A model generated the notes under the pieces. That model was not told the DNA's origin, made no database searches, and worked only from the letters and a program-made list of their open reading frames with translations. A stretch of 64,000 nucleotides of DNA from NCBI RefSeq assembly GCF_009914755.1, contig NC_060930.1. One strand, given 5' to 3'. This stretch comes from the human T2T-CHM13v2.0 reference genome, Homo sapiens. The translations under genes were made by a program, and so were the position numbers. Positions 1 to 15,504 of the stretch are shown in pieces. How positions within the stretch are numbered: the stretch's first letter is position 1; each line of letters starts with the position of its first letter.

Positions 1-173
1 AGTAGCTGGGACTACAGGTGTACACCACCACGTCTGGCTAATTTTTATATTTTTAGTAGAGATGGGGTTGTGCCATGTTGGCCAGGCTGGCCTTGAACTC
101 CTGACCTCAGGTGATCTGCCTGCCTCGGCCTCCCAGAGCGTTGGGATTACAGGCATGAGCCATCATGCCTGGC
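1..173 (-). mobile_element. Alu (cut by window edge)
   Basis: Antisense Alu left arm ending GGGATTACAGGCATGAGCCATCATGCCTGGC. Confidence 0.93.
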
Positions 174-404
174 TTCATACTATATTCAGATTAGTAAGTT
201 TCACTGCATATTTTTAAGTAACACTAGAAAGTTATATTTAGAATAGTAATTAAATGAAAACAAATCAGTGACATAAATAGCTAGTAAATCCAGGCCAAAG
301 ATAACTGTTCCTAAAACTGAGGAGAGATGGGACTAACATCTTACAACGATATGCTTTTGTTTGAATATAGCTACTGTCTGAACATTTTTATTTCTTTTAC
401 TACT

Positions 405-1043
405 ATAATTTTTTTATTTTATTATTATTATACTTTAAGTTTTAGGGTACATGTGCACAATGTGCAGGTTAGTGACATATGTATACATGTGCCATCCTGG
501 TGTGCTGCACCCATTAACTCGTCATTTAGCATTAGGTATATCTCCTAAAGCTATCCCTCCCCCCTTCCCCCATCCCACAACAGTCCCCAGAGTGTGATGT
601 TCCCCTTCCTCTGTCCATGTGTTCTCATTGTTCAGTTCCCACCTATGAGTGAGAATATGCGGTGCTTGGTTTTTTGTTCTTGCGATAGTTTACTGAGAAT
701 GATGATTTCCAATTTCATCCATGTCCCTACAAAGGACATGAACTCATCATTTTTTATGGCTGCATAGTATTCCATGGTGTATATGTGCCACATTTTCTTA
801 ATCCAGTCTATCATTGTTGGACATTTGGGTTGGTTCCAAGTCTTTGCTATTGTGAATAGTGCTGCAGTAAACATACGTGTGCATGTGTCTTTATAGCAGC
901 ATGATTTATAGTCCTTTGGGTATATACCCAATAATGGGATGGCTGGGTCAAATGGTATTTCTAGTTCTAGATCCCTGAGGAATCGCCACACTGACTTCCA
1001 CAATGGTGGAACTAGTTTACAGTCCCACCAACAGTGTAAAAGT
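405..1043 (-). mobile_element. 5'-truncated young L1PA (L1PA2/3-like) 3' end
   Basis: ORF2 C-terminus HCWWDCKLV...KHRIFSLIGGN (ORF 632..1129), L1 3' UTR and T-rich tail; GAG (non-Ta) diagnostic. Confidence 0.93.
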
Positions 1044-4000
1044 GCAATTTTAAAATGAATGGTCAACATCTGATGTCTGCCCGTCTGCCTTACATCCTTA
1101 TGACCTGAATTTGTTCTGTATGTCCTCACTGAGACGTTGTGCTAGGATGTCATTAATAAAGTATTTCTACAATACACAATGACCGTTTGCCCAATGTTCA
1201 TTCTCCGTGACATCTCTACAAATTTAAAATTGTTGACCACACCCTCCTACTCGAAAGAAGTGGCTTTTGTGGTATCCATTTTGAGTTGTCTTCTATCTGG
1301 ATTACTCCTTCTCGCATTACTATGGATTTTTCCATTTTTCTAAATGTGCATGTTCCTTCATGCCCAGTTTTAGAACATGCACTCTTTTCCTTCTTCTGTG
1401 GGAAATATCTATTTTCTAAGCTTTAATGATCATTTCTGTGTGGATAAAATTATGAACTATGATAAATAACCTTTTTTTTAATCTCCAGACTTGTCTTGTT
1501 GAATCTCCTAGAGTCGAGGAATCAAAGAAAAATAACAACATTAAGGATTTTTTTTGAGATCATAAAACTATAGAGTCACAGAGTTAAAAATATGGAAATA
1601 ACTGGAATTATGGAGATTCTATCAGGAAGGTTCCTGTTTGTTTGAGTTTTCAAAAATTTTGCTGTTGTTTGAAAGACGATGCATTTTTTCTTTTCAGTTT
1701 TTATGTTTAATTCTTTGTTTCTTTAATTTTAGAGGTGGTTCTTGTGTTGTTGCATATTTTTTAATTAAAGGCCAATAAAATATAGACTATTTTTATCTAT
1801 TTTCACGCAATTAGAATAATTTTCTTAAAATAAATTCCTTTAAGCAAAGGTACGTAGTTTTTTTAGGTTATGGAAAAATTAAATTACTGTGTATACTCAA
1901 AACTGTTATTTTAAAGCCACTTGCTGATTTTGCTGGCAGTGATTATAATGAAATATAATAATATGTTTTATTTATAAAGTGCTTTTCACCTATACATTCA
2001 GAGTGTCTGGATTTCAAGTGATACTCAGGGTGTGTCAGTCGATAACTTCAGTTTCTGAGGCCTGATGAACACATTTGCATAATGTTCATGCTTGTTGATT
2101 ACTGGGGTCAAAAAGTCCAAATTCACACTGCATGTGTTCAAAATATCATAGGATTACTCAATAAGGTCTTGAAATTTTTTCCTACCATATTATTTTTGTT
2201 TAAGGACAGGATTTGGGACAAACAAACAAAAGCCTAAGACTTCTCTGTGAAAGACCTAAACTAGGGTCTTGTGTACTGAATAAAATATAACTATAAAAGA
2301 ATGACACAAATTTCCTTATATGATTGTGGAATTAGTCTCGTTATCTTAAAATAATACCATCATACCACAACTATTATTGTCACCAAAAAAGAGCAAAGGA
2401 TACTTTAGTTTACTGTCTAAAGATCGGTTTTACTAATGAAAAAACATTTCCCTGCCTCCTCTTAGTCATTAGAAGACATTACATAAAAAAGCCCCATAGT
2501 TGCTTCTGAGTAGTTAAAGCATATTCTTAAGTGGTTAATTTTCTGCCCCAATTTCATCTTGTTCATATTCTTTCCCTTTCTCTTCTCTACCAGTTTCCAA
2601 CTTTTCTAAGACAGTTAGGTAATGACTAGCAATACATTTGTCCCTACCCTGGATAATTCAATACATTAAAACAAGATGGAATTCAATAAGAAATATTGCT
2701 AATTCCACGTGTCCTCTGCTCAGTGTCTTTGGCTGTGGACTGCTGGCTGCTCATTTTGCTTTTTTAATTTGAAAGGCGGCTCTAAAAAAACATGTTCTTC
2801 TTTGTACCTAATTTTCTGAATTGAAAATATTTACATATCCACATATGGCATTCAACATATGTGGAAACTATATTTGATAGTAAAGAAAATTTGATACCCA
2901 ATATTTGGTAGAAGTAAGCAAATATAATCTTAACATAATAGTAAGAGCGGACTTAGCATAAAGGGAAGAGCACATGGACCATTACACATGATCAAATATT
3001 TGCTATAAAAACATGTTGGAATAGAAAATTAATGTTACTATAAACACTTTTAAAGCACTGCTACATTGGAAATATAGAAGTGGAAATTAACTTACTTGAA
3101 TAATTTTATTCAAACTATTACTATTAAACTTATTTGAATAGTCCTGTTCAAACTATTTCTATTCCTAGTCAAACTATGAGTAAATTGCTGCTCTGTAAGT
3201 TACCAAATGTTGTAAGACTTGCAAAAATATCACCATACTCATATCCTTATTAAATTCATTCTTCTATGATCCAGCAGCTGCCACAACATATAGTAAATAT
3301 TATGACAAATCTATTGGGAAGTGTTTTGGGTTACAGCATTGAAGAAAATAATTTCTGCATGATGTAGGGCAAAAAATTAAGATATGAAGAGTAAATACTT
3401 TCTCAAAAGATCTAAATTCTCTAAAGAATGATGTAAGATGTTCCATATTATGCTTATTTAGTTTATATTTGTACTAAAATTTTTGAATTTAGTTTTATTT
3501 CATTATAAGATGTCTCTGTGATATCCTAGGTAAAATAAAAATAACAAGTAAACCCCAACATCCTGAGGGAAGTCAATTTAATTTTATTTTTAAAGCTTTA
3601 ATGTTTGGGATTTATGCTGTCATCCTCAATTCTGTTCAAAAGTAATAAAAGCTTGAAGCAGCAACATACTTACTTTCTCCTCCTCCAAATCTTAGACTGA
3701 TTATGTTGTTATTAACAGTTACTTGATTAAAGATGCATACCAGTTTTCCTTTTCTTTTTCTTTAAAATAAAGCAGGTTACTCAACCCCATATTGTACATG
3801 AAAGGAAAACACATCTTGGGCAGATCTATTCCACTATTATAGATGTAAAGCAGACCCAAAGCACACCAAGGAAATATAATGTCACTCAAAGGAAATTAAA
3901 TTAAAAGTAATTTAACCTAAGAAATAAAAGAAAAAACAACAATAAGGATATTAAATGCATACCACAAAAACCTATACACTTGCTACAAATAAATCAAAAG

Positions 4001-4451
4001 CTAGCACAAAGCTTTCTAACAATCAACTGAAAAATCGTAATGTGGACAATTTTATAGTTTACAGAGTTTATGTGTTTAGAAAAGGCTGTTCAAGAGGTAA
4101 TTATTCTGTGTACTAGTCCCAGAAAGAAATTCTTACAAGGTTCCTCAGTAAGAGAATACTGTAAAGAACAATGTCCACAGTGATATTTCCATAGCTGAAT
4201 AGTTTGAAGGGTATGTTTTTAGAAAGTTTATATTAAATATTTAAGATTTTAAAATTATAATTATGTTTATATCAATGTACTATATGTAAATTAATACATG
4301 AAAATAATTAAATATATGTATATGAAATATGTAAATATATTAAAATATATATCATATTTTCTTAGAGCATTATAACAAATTAGAGAATAGAAAGGTAGAC
4401 GTATTTTCTATGGAAGTACATGGTATAGGTACCATGAATCAACAATGACTT

Positions 4452-4788
<337 letters not shown>

Positions 4789-4792
4789 CTAA

Positions 4793-5111
<319 letters not shown>

Positions 5112-5670
5112 GAAAGTTATCATTTTTGGCAAACTATCCATAACATACAACTGTTTGGTCATTTATAATCTTATGCAGTAGGTTAGCTCATTTGGTTCTC
5201 TAGGTATATATTTTGCAGTCAATTCTCTGCAGAAGAATGGCCTGCTTTTCAAGATGAACCAATCCAAATATGCTTTCCTGAGACTTAAAAAAATGGCCAA
5301 AGGGCATGATTACTTTGTCTGCATATAAAATTTTTAAGGATAATTTTTTTAAGCCATGTACCCTCTGCTGGAGAACTTTAAGGTTGGTCCTTTTATCAGT
5401 ATATCCAAAATTACATTCTGAGGAGCTTCTTGCCTCTTCCCTAAAGGACTGAGAGACTTGGTATTCATTATATATTCTGTTAGGCAGACACCTCGCCTTT
5501 CTTAAGGGGATGTTAGTCTATCTCTGCTTAGATGGCTGCAAGGCATAGAGATAGTTCCAACTTAAGGCAGAACATAGAATAGCTGCACTCCAGGTAGCTG
5601 TTAAAGAGTACTTAGGTCCCTGCTGCTCCAATTTTATGAAAAAGTCAGTTGAACAAAACTATATTTATAA

Positions 5671-5697
5671 ACACACACACACACACACACACACACA
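5671..5697. repeat. (CA)n microsatellite
   Basis: Direct reading. Confidence 0.95.
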
Positions 5698-6914
5698 ATC
5701 ACTGGATGGACATGTAGTCCAACAAGAAGATGCATTAATTGACTGAAAATTGCTGTTGGCCCTCAGACTATTGCCTTTATTGAATTGCTTCTTTGGTGCA
5801 GTGCCCCAGCCTACAGTGAGTGACTTGATAAGAAACAGTCTAGGAAACACATTGCTGCATTGAGTATAAGAGTGTTGTTAAGTTTGTCACATCACTTATT
5901 ATCATTTTTATGAGGACCCATGGGAGAAAATTCTCTTAGATTTCAGAGATAGTAATGCCTGTCCTGGGCCACATTTTACCCTCTCATCCATGCTACAAAT
6001 AATGTAACTGATTGGGCCATTCTGAATCCTGGACTTCCTGGCTCTGTCCCCCAAGGCCCTCCTTGCCCCGGATCCCAGAAAATGTAGCATCAGTATATGC
6101 GCTTCTTCTAGCAGGCTTCCAGATCCCTAGGCATCCTGTATATTCACTTCAATCTTGACTTCAACCATTTTCTTCCATTGTCATTTTTTCTTGATTCCAT
6201 TGATCATATTTTTAGTTCTTTTTCTATCTTTTCTTAGTATATTGCACGGATTTTTAAAAGCTATTTTCAATAATTTATGAATGTGAGCATGAGAATCTCG
6301 AGAGCAGTCAAGGCTTTGACCTTTCAATGTTACATGTCCTCTGAGTCTAGGGGCCCCTGTGTTCTGTAAGCTGCCGCCATATACAGTTAATTTGCTCACT
6401 CAAAATTTGCTCACTGTTCTCGCTACAGGCATTTTCTGTGCGGACAAAATAGTATTTTACCACCTTCCCCAGGGAGGACGTGAAACATGGTTGCTCCTGC
6501 TTCTGTTTCTGCACATCACTTGTGCTGTGCACTTGAAGCATATACATTTTAATATAAAATTTAAGCCTTCTTGGAGGTATTAGATTCTGTGAGCTTAATG
6601 TTTTTGATGACTCATATTGTTACTCAGTTTCTTTGGTGATTTAGTGAAAGATCTGAACTCTTCTCCGAAATGAACACACTCATTTAATAAAAAAATGAAA
6701 TGTTTACATAATTAAATTGATAAGAGTTGACAGTAAAGCAGAAATTCTGGAAATGCTGGTACTAACTATTGTCAGTAAACTCATTTCTCTTTTGTCTGAA
6801 AGTATTTCTTACTTAAATGGCACATCTGAAATTCAATGTATGCTGTGAGTTCCTTTAGCACTCACACTTTTAGAATAACTAAGATGAATAGAGGAAAATC
6901 ATTTCTATTAGGTT

Positions 6915-7820
6915 ATCATTCACTCCCTCATCCATTTATCCTGCAGTCAATAACTCCTCTGTGCCCTGTATGATTCGAGGTACTGGGAATACTGAGGTAA
7001 GTAGTACAAAATCCATGCCCCTGTGGAACTTATGCTCTAGTCAAGGGAGGAAGAGAACTAATGAATGAACTCATAAACAACTAAATGAGATAGTTTCAGA
7101 TAGTTGTGGATGCACTGCATAAAAAGTAAGGTGGCCATGTATATTACTGACTTTGATTAGAGGGGTCAAGGTAGGCGTCTGATCTTTGATATGAAACTGG
7201 GATAATGAGAGGGACCCAGACATGCAGAGATCTAGGGAAGAAACCCTTAAGGCAGAGGGAACAAATCATGCAAAGGTTCTTGGACAGGAATAAGTTTGTG
7301 TTCTCAGGGTCCAGAGGGAAGTCCAGTACAACCTGAGCCAGGAATGTCAAAAGAGGTGAGCCAGGAGGGTGAGGGACAGAAGGCAGGCCACTTGAGGTCT
7401 TTGGCTGTACATGTCTTTTCTTTAGGCCCCTTGAGCAAGTCATCTAACCTGTCTAAGCCTCAGTTTCCCCTTCGTTAAAATAAAGGGGATAGAACTATCT
7501 CCTAGGTTTGCTTGTGAAGATTTAGTATGTTAATCGATGTTAGGTGCTCAGAAAAATGTCTGCCACTTAGTAAGAACTATATGTGTTATCTATTATTATT
7601 ATGTATTTATGTACTTTCCCCCTAGCTGACAATTTATTGCTCTGATAGATTTTTAAAGCTAGAATAGGTCTTGGAAATCATATTAAATCTTGACATTTTA
7701 CAGACGACACTTTAGCTCAGCGAGGTCAAATGGTTGACACAAGTTCCCAAAACCGGTAAGTAAATGTTTAGACTAGAATCTTGGTTTCTTGACTCTCAGG
7801 CCAAGAGCTTTCTACTATTA
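6915..7820. mobile_element. Degenerate L2 plus MIR fragments
   Basis: L2-like CCCTGTGGAACTTATGCTCTAG; MIR core GCAAGTCATCTAACCTGTCTAAGCCTCAGTTTCC. Confidence 0.6.
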
Positions 7821-10595
7821 AATAGTGTTGGCCTTTAGCTATCAACCTTATGGCTTAGAATTATTTTCCTTAGTATTTGCCTTATATAATTATATTGGCA
7901 ATAGTATTATTGAAGCTGTATTTTTTGGTAGAGACTGAGATAGTTACCACACTGGTACTGAATTTACAAGCTAATGATTTACTGATAACTGAAAGAAATT
8001 TGGAAATAATTAGGATTTTGCCATGAGGCTTATAACAGCTTTTGCCCATAGTAAAATAATAATATAGGCTATTATTTAAGATTATTCTATTTTATCTATG
8101 AATTAACCACAGATTCAAATATCCCATTAGTAGCTTTAACTTTTGCACCTTTTGAATAAGATGAATATAGGAAAATTATTTTATTACTTTTTTTCATTCA
8201 TTTATTTCCTCAATAACTACTCTGTACCCTATAAACAATATAGAAGTGTGTCCTCTCATAGAACTTATACTCTAGTCAGGGCAAGCAGACAATAAACACG
8301 TGAGTGAATTAATAAATAACGAAAAGGGTAATTTTAGAGTAGTCCCCAAATACTTTAAAATTGGGAATCAGGCACTCAGTAATTTGTCAGTCTAATAGAT
8401 AATAATGGTGTAACTAAAATCAGAAGTGTTAATCATGCTTTAAGTGATTAGCTCATTTAAACAACTTATTTTTCCAAGCCTCAGTTCTCTAGCCTGACTA
8501 CCCACCAGTAAATGAGTTAATAGGTTACATAAATTAAAATGTAATTATGCACATAGTGTTATTAAACAGTGGGGTTAAATTAATATGTGACAAAAATAAT
8601 GCTAAAATTACTTTACCTAAGAGGTATGATGTGGTGTCTCAGGTTGGTTTTAAATTTTAACTTGTCTCTTTCTACAACCTTATAGATTTTCCCAGACGTA
8701 GGAAAATTGGTTCCTGGAATAATCTTCATTTATTTATTTTTCATTTGCTTCTCTATAGAAAGTCTCCTACCTACAAAAGGTTTTGTTCCCAAAGTTAATT
8801 TGTACACCATTCTGAACTCGTTTACCATAGAAGCGGTGCTTAGCATAATTGTTAGGTTCAAATGTTGGTTTACAGAAGTTTATTTCACTGTTCTTGAAGC
8901 TGAAAAGTTGCACTTAATGGTGCTCCCTTGAGTTTTGGCCCAATTTGGTTGCAAGGAGTAAACAAAGGAGGTGCATTTTTCTCTTTCCCTGAGCACAGAC
9001 CTGGATCCAGTCCATCCTGGGAAGCAGATGAGATCTCCTCACGGCCCCCTCTGGTCTTCCCTTTCACACCCCTGACTGCCCGTGGCACTGTTCTCTTTAC
9101 ACATCAGGACAGATTTTTTTTTTTTTTCTAGTAAGAGCTACGTGTCCTCTATTCACTTTTTTTCCATCTTATTGGAAGAATACCAAAGTTGATAATTGAG
9201 TAAACAATATGGATATTTGATTTTTCTAAATGCCAAATAGATGTATCACAGTGTCAAAATGATTTCCTTCATCTTTTGTTCAAATATCTGTTTTTAAGGG
9301 CCGATAACTTCCTCAGAGTTACCTTCTTTTGCTTCTTAACAATACCCTCTGCTCGGTTAGAGCTGTCACTGACTGGCCCCCAGATGTTCATAGAATATTC
9401 TTGCTTCTAACTTTGAGATGGTACGCGGGAATTAAAATCTATGTGATTTAACTCAAGGCAAGCTTAGTCCTGTTAAAAGAAAAAAAAAGGCTGAAAAAGT
9501 ATAGCAGTGTTAATTGATTAGTTTGGGTTCACCCTGCTGTTGGCATTTGCTTTATTCTGTGTATTGTCCTTGTACACTTTGTTGTCACCTTAGAGAAATA
9601 TGCTATATGAAATCCTAGCATAAGCGAAAAGCAAACGAAAGCAGTGAGTTTGTCCCACACCACTGTCAAGACAGTGCATAGGTCTGCAGCCTGCCAAAAA
9701 TAGATGTGGTTTATAGTATGTTCAACTCCATTGCTCATATTTTTTCATTTCCTCTTCCCAGCTGAATAAATGGAGGGGGAAAGAGAAAAAAATTACAACC
9801 ATAAAAAGTACATTTTCCCCTCTATGTTCGATTATGGAGGGACATCTATAAACGTGGGCATAAAGCCCAGAGGAAAGGAGATATTTCCGAAATGTTGTCT
9901 GATAGTCACTTTAGTTTCCAAATAAATGTAGTTTGGAAATACATTGAGGACGTATAAGCAGAAATATTGACATATGGTATGTAATATTTGGCTGAGTTTG
10001 TGGATGAGAAATGAGCCTGCCTCAAGAAGCTTTGCTGGTAATTGTATAGCCCAGGAAGGGACTGACAATCAGGCATGAAACACAGAAGTTTAGGAAGCTG
10101 TGGAACCTTAATGATCATGTAGAAGAATTTATCTGGTAATTAAGACACTGAAATAAAACTACTGTGAAATATGAATAAAATTAATGTGATCATTTAGAAA
10201 TAGCTGAACTATTCAGTTTCAGCTTTTGCAATTTCCAAAAGGTGTTATTTGCTGGGCTCCAGGGTGCCATGGCAAAAACGGGATCTTTCTTTGGTCAGTA
10301 CCTACAGTTGAAATCTCATCTCCAGGCTGGCTGCTTAGGGTGTGGCATTTGTTTGTTCATTGTGATTTTACCGTCAAAGCATATGTCACATATACTTAAG
10401 TATGTTTAATATTATAAGGCACGCCTGTAATATTATAATATAATATTATAATATGCTTTCTATTTGCCCCTCCAGAACCATCCAATTCTTTTCTATCAAG
10501 ATCTGGGTTTTTACAGGCTGAACTTATCAGACTAGATCCACCCGGCTATCCACCTATAATATTATAAAATTATAATATTATAATTAATATTATAA

Positions 10596-10938
<343 letters not shown>

Positions 10939-11404
10939 TTACTTGAAAAAGCAGAGTTTTGAGGAGATAACATGGTTTATTAGAATGCACACTAGATTGG
11001 AATTTGGAAACTTAGTTTTCATTTCTTCTTTTGCCATCTGGCTTTATGAGCTTAGATAAATGACATTCATTTTCGGATTTCTTTGTGTAGATCTCTAAAA
11101 TGGGAAGTTTATCTAGTTGATTTCTAGGGTTCTTTTCTAAATATCCAATAAATTCCACTGAACAATTATCTCTAAGGAACTCATTTTTTTTAATGCCAAG
11201 GGAATCGGCTAAAATTTATACAAAATAATATAAAAAGTAAAGAAAAATATTGGAATCATTTTTTTGTACTTATTTTTAGCTGATCCTGTGATACCTGTGG
11301 ATGTTTTTGTGTTTATGATTTTGGGGTCAGGAAGAAAGATGCCACCCTTCTACTGAAGGCACATTAGTGACAGTTTCCTGAGGGGCCATCATCATTTAGT
11401 AGTT

Positions 11405-11929
11405 CTGTAGGCATCTACATCATCAAAAACAAGATGGCGCACTCCAATGAAGAAAATAAAGAGAGCCTAATGAGCTAGTTAGAGCTCAAGGGGCTAGTTA
11501 GAAACTGTAGTCAGAGTTCAGGGTAACCCATAAGGAATGGCAAAGATTCCTTTGAGACCAGTAAGAGCAGGGAGATCTTAGCACCTTTGGGCCTGCAGGA
11601 GCAAAGAGAGAAGTAGATATTGGAATCTGTATTATTACTAGCTTGCTTGTAGCTATAGGAGAGGGTCTCCAACCAGAGCTCTGGGCTTTGGTGGAGAAAC
11701 TTGGCTACTTTCCAGTAGGAAAGGAGTCAGAAGAGAGAATAAATATATGAATCTCTTTCCTGATTCTCTGATCTTTTGCTAGTGCCAACCATTGGCTAAA
11801 CTCAAGTGGAAGCCAGACACCAGGGGAGCCAGGTGGATCTAGTCTGGTAAGTTCAGCCTGTAAAAACCCAGATCTTAATAGAAAAGAATTGGATAGTTCT
11901 GGAGGGGCAAATAGAAAGCATCAAGTACA
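11405..11929 (-). mobile_element. Old ERVL-type solo LTR (LTR33-like)
   Basis: Minus-strand start TGTACTTGATGCTTTCTATTTGCCCCTCCAGAA resembles the recalled LTR33 5' end; left boundary approximate. Confidence 0.5.
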
Positions 11930-12405
11930 TTCATAATTTTATGCTATAGAAATGTTTTTCCATCCTATAAAAAGTAGTCATGAATTTTCGATAGACATTT
12001 AGAATGACTCTTGGCATGATTAACTTTAATGGAAAAAGTAAACTAAAAAAATTGCTTTGATCTAGACTTTGGTATCTGTTATCATATTGCTGCAATGATA
12101 ATATTTTTACTAGGTCCCCTACTGACTGTATCACTGACTTATTTAAACCTTTTGAATAGATACGTAGTGTGACCAGACGTCTATGTTGAGGATCTATGTG
12201 TATGCATTGTTGGATTCCGTTTACTGTGTGTGAGACTGAAAACATTTGTATCTAAATTTATGAGAGATATTGGCGTGTAGTTTTCTTTTTTTTTCACTAC
12301 TTTTGTTTGTTTTTATTATCAGAACAATACTAGCCTCACCACATTAGTTAGGAACTGTTCCCTTTACTTCTATTTTCTCAAAGAGGTGGTATAAAATTGA
12401 CATTA

Positions 12406-12712
12406 GGCTGGGCGCAGTGGCTCCTGCTTATAATTCCAGCACTTTGGGTGGCTGAGGTGGGTGGATTACTTGAGGTCAGGAGTTAAGAATAGCCTGGCCA
12501 ACGTGGCAAAACCCGTGTCTACTAAAAAAATCCAAAACATTGGCTGGGCATGGTGGCACATGCCTGTAATCCTAGCTACTCAGGAGGCTGAGGCAGGAGA
12601 ATACCTTGAGCCTGGGAGGCGGAGGTTGCAGTGAGCCGAGATCATGCCACTGCACTCCAGCCTGGGCAAAAAAATGAGACTCTGCCTCAGAAAAAAGAAA
12701 AAAAAAAGAAAA
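12406..12712 (+). mobile_element. Alu
   Basis: GGCTGGGCGCAGTGGCTC... to A-rich tail. Confidence 0.93.
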
Positions 12713-13159
12713 GACAGTAGTACTTCTTTAAATGTTTGGTAGAATTCTCCAGTAAAAGCATCTGGAACTGAATATTTTTTTCCAGGAACTTTTATATCGT
12801 AACTTCAATTTTGTTAATGGTTAAAGGACTATTCAGATTATCTATTTCTTCTTGGTTGAGTTGTGGTAATTTGCAAGTTTTGAGGAACTGCTTCTTTTTT
12901 TTTCTAATTTGTCTGACTTACGAGTATAAAATTGTCATATTTTCTTGATAACTTTTTAAATGGCGGTGAGATCTGTAGTGATACCCTCTATTTCATTCCT
13001 AAGATTGGTGACTTGTGTCTCCTCCATTTTGTTTTGTCAGTCTTGCTAAAGATTTGTGAATTTTATTGATTTTTTCAAAGAACCCGTTTTTTAATGATTT
13101 TCTGTATTTTCCTATTTTCAAATTTATGGATCTCTACTCTTGTTTTTATTATTATTTTT

Positions 13160-14980
13160 TGTCCTTTTCAACTTTTATTGTAGACTGAGAGGGTAGATAT
13201 GCAAGTTGGTTACCTGGGTATATTGTATGATTCTGAGGTTTGGGGTACAAATGATCCCATCATCCAAGCACCACCCAACAGTTCGTTTTTCAGCCCTTGC
13301 CCTCCTCTGTTTCTCTCCCCTTTAGTAGTGCCGAGTGTCTATTGTTGCCATCTTTATATCTATGAGTACCCAATATTTAGCTCCCACTTACAAATGAGAA
13401 CACACAGTATTTAGGTTTCTATTCCTGTGTTAATTTGCTTAATACAGTGGCCTCTAGCTGCATCCATGTTGCTTCAAAGAACATGATTTTGTTCTTTTTT
13501 ATGGGTCTATAGTATTCCACGATGTATATGCACCACCTTTTCTTTATCCAATCCACTGTTGATGGGCACTTAGGTTGATTCCATGCCTCTGCTATTGTAA
13601 ATAGTGCTACAGTGAACACACGAGTGCGTGTGTATTTTTGGTAGAACAATTTGTTTTCTTTTGGATATATACCCTGTTATGGGATTTCTGGGTCAAATGC
13701 TAGGTTCTGTTTTGAGTTTTTTGAGAAATCTCCAAACTACTTTCCACAGTGACTGAACTAGTTTACATTCCCACCAACACCAACACCGTCTAAGTGTTCC
13801 CTTATCTCTGCAGCCTTGCCATCATCTATTGTTTATTGGCTTTTCAATAGTAGCCATTCTGGTGTGAGATGGTATCTCATTGTGGTTTTGATTTGCATTT
13901 CTCTGATGATTAGTGATGATGAGCATGTTTTCATCTGTTTGTTGGCTACTTGTGTGTCTTCTTTTAAGAAGTGACTGTTCACGTCTACTGCCTATTTTTT
14001 AAACGGGGTTGCTTTTTGCTTGTTAATTTAAACTTCTTATAGATTCTGGATATTAGACCTTTGTCAGATGCATAATTTGCATATATTTTCTCCCATTCTG
14101 TAGGTTATCTGTTCACTCTGTTGATAGTTTTTTTTTTTGTTTTTATTTTTTGCTGTGCAGAAGCTATTTAGTTTAATTGGGTCCCACTTGTGAATTTTTT
14201 GTTTTTGTTACAATTGCTTTTGATGACTTATAAGTTCTTTCCCAAGGCCCATGTTCACAATTTGTGTAGGATTCTTACAGTTTGAGGTCTGACATTTAAA
14301 TCTTTAAACCATCTTGAGTTAATTTTTGCATATGGTATATGTATGTGTAAATTTTGTGTGTGGTAAAAAGTAGGGGTCCAGTTTCATTCTTTTGCATATG
14401 GGCAGCCAGCTATCTCAGCACCATTTATTGAATACTCCTTTCCCCATTGCTTTTTTAAAATCAACTTTGTCAAAGATTAGATGGCTGTAGGTGTGTGCCT
14501 TTATTTCTGGGTTCTCTATACTGTTCCATTTTTCTAAGTGTCTATTTTTGTAGTAGTACTGTGCTGTTTTGGTTACTATAGCCTTAGTGCAGGCATCCCC
14601 GACCTGCGGACAGGTATCTGTCCATGGCCCGTTAGGAATCGGGCTGCACAGCAGGAGATGAGCAGCAGGCAAGCACTATCACCTGGGCTCCACCTCCTGT
14701 CAAATCAGCAGGGGCATTAGGTTCTCATTGGAGCGCAAACCCTATTGTGAATTGCACATGCGAGGAATCTAGGTTGCACACTCCTTATGAGAATCCAACT
14801 AATGCCTGATGATCTGAGGTGGAACAGTAACATCCTGAAGCCATCCCCACCCACTTGTCTTACACACAACCAGTCACTGGTGCCAAAAAGTTGGGGACCT
14901 GCTGTCTTATAGTATAGTTTGAAGTTAGGTAATGTGATGTCTCTGGCTTTGTTCTTTTTGCTTAGGATTGCTTTGGCTAT
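13160..14980 (-). mobile_element. L1PA/PB-type 3' segment
   Basis: ORF2 C-terminal fragments ALFTIAEAWNQPKCPSTVDWIKK and WNSIENPEIKAHTYSHLIFDK. Confidence 0.85.
14590..14904 (+). mobile_element. MER1B-like hAT element inserted in L1
   Basis: CAGGCATCCCC...GTTAGGAATCGGGCTGCACAGCAGGAG...GGTGCCAAAAAGTTGGGGACCTGCTG interrupts L1 sequence. Confidence 0.82.
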
Positions 14981-15207
14981 TCTTTTTCTCTTCTCTTCCT
15001 AGTTTCTCTCTCTTTTTTTTTTCTAGTTTCTTGAGAAAGGAATTTTGATTATTGATTTCAGACCTTTCCTTGTTTCCAGTTAGTGCTATGAATTTCCTTT
15101 TCAGCACTGCTTTAGCTGCATTCCACAAATTTTGATATGCTGTTTTAACTTTTATTTAGCTTTACGTATTTTTTATTTCCTTTGAGACCTCCTTTTTGAC
15201 CCATTGA

Positions 15208-15504
<297 letters not shown>

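Noticed and set aside
632-1129. 165-aa ORF
   Set aside because: C-terminal fragment of L1 ORF2 in a 5'-truncated element; not a host gene
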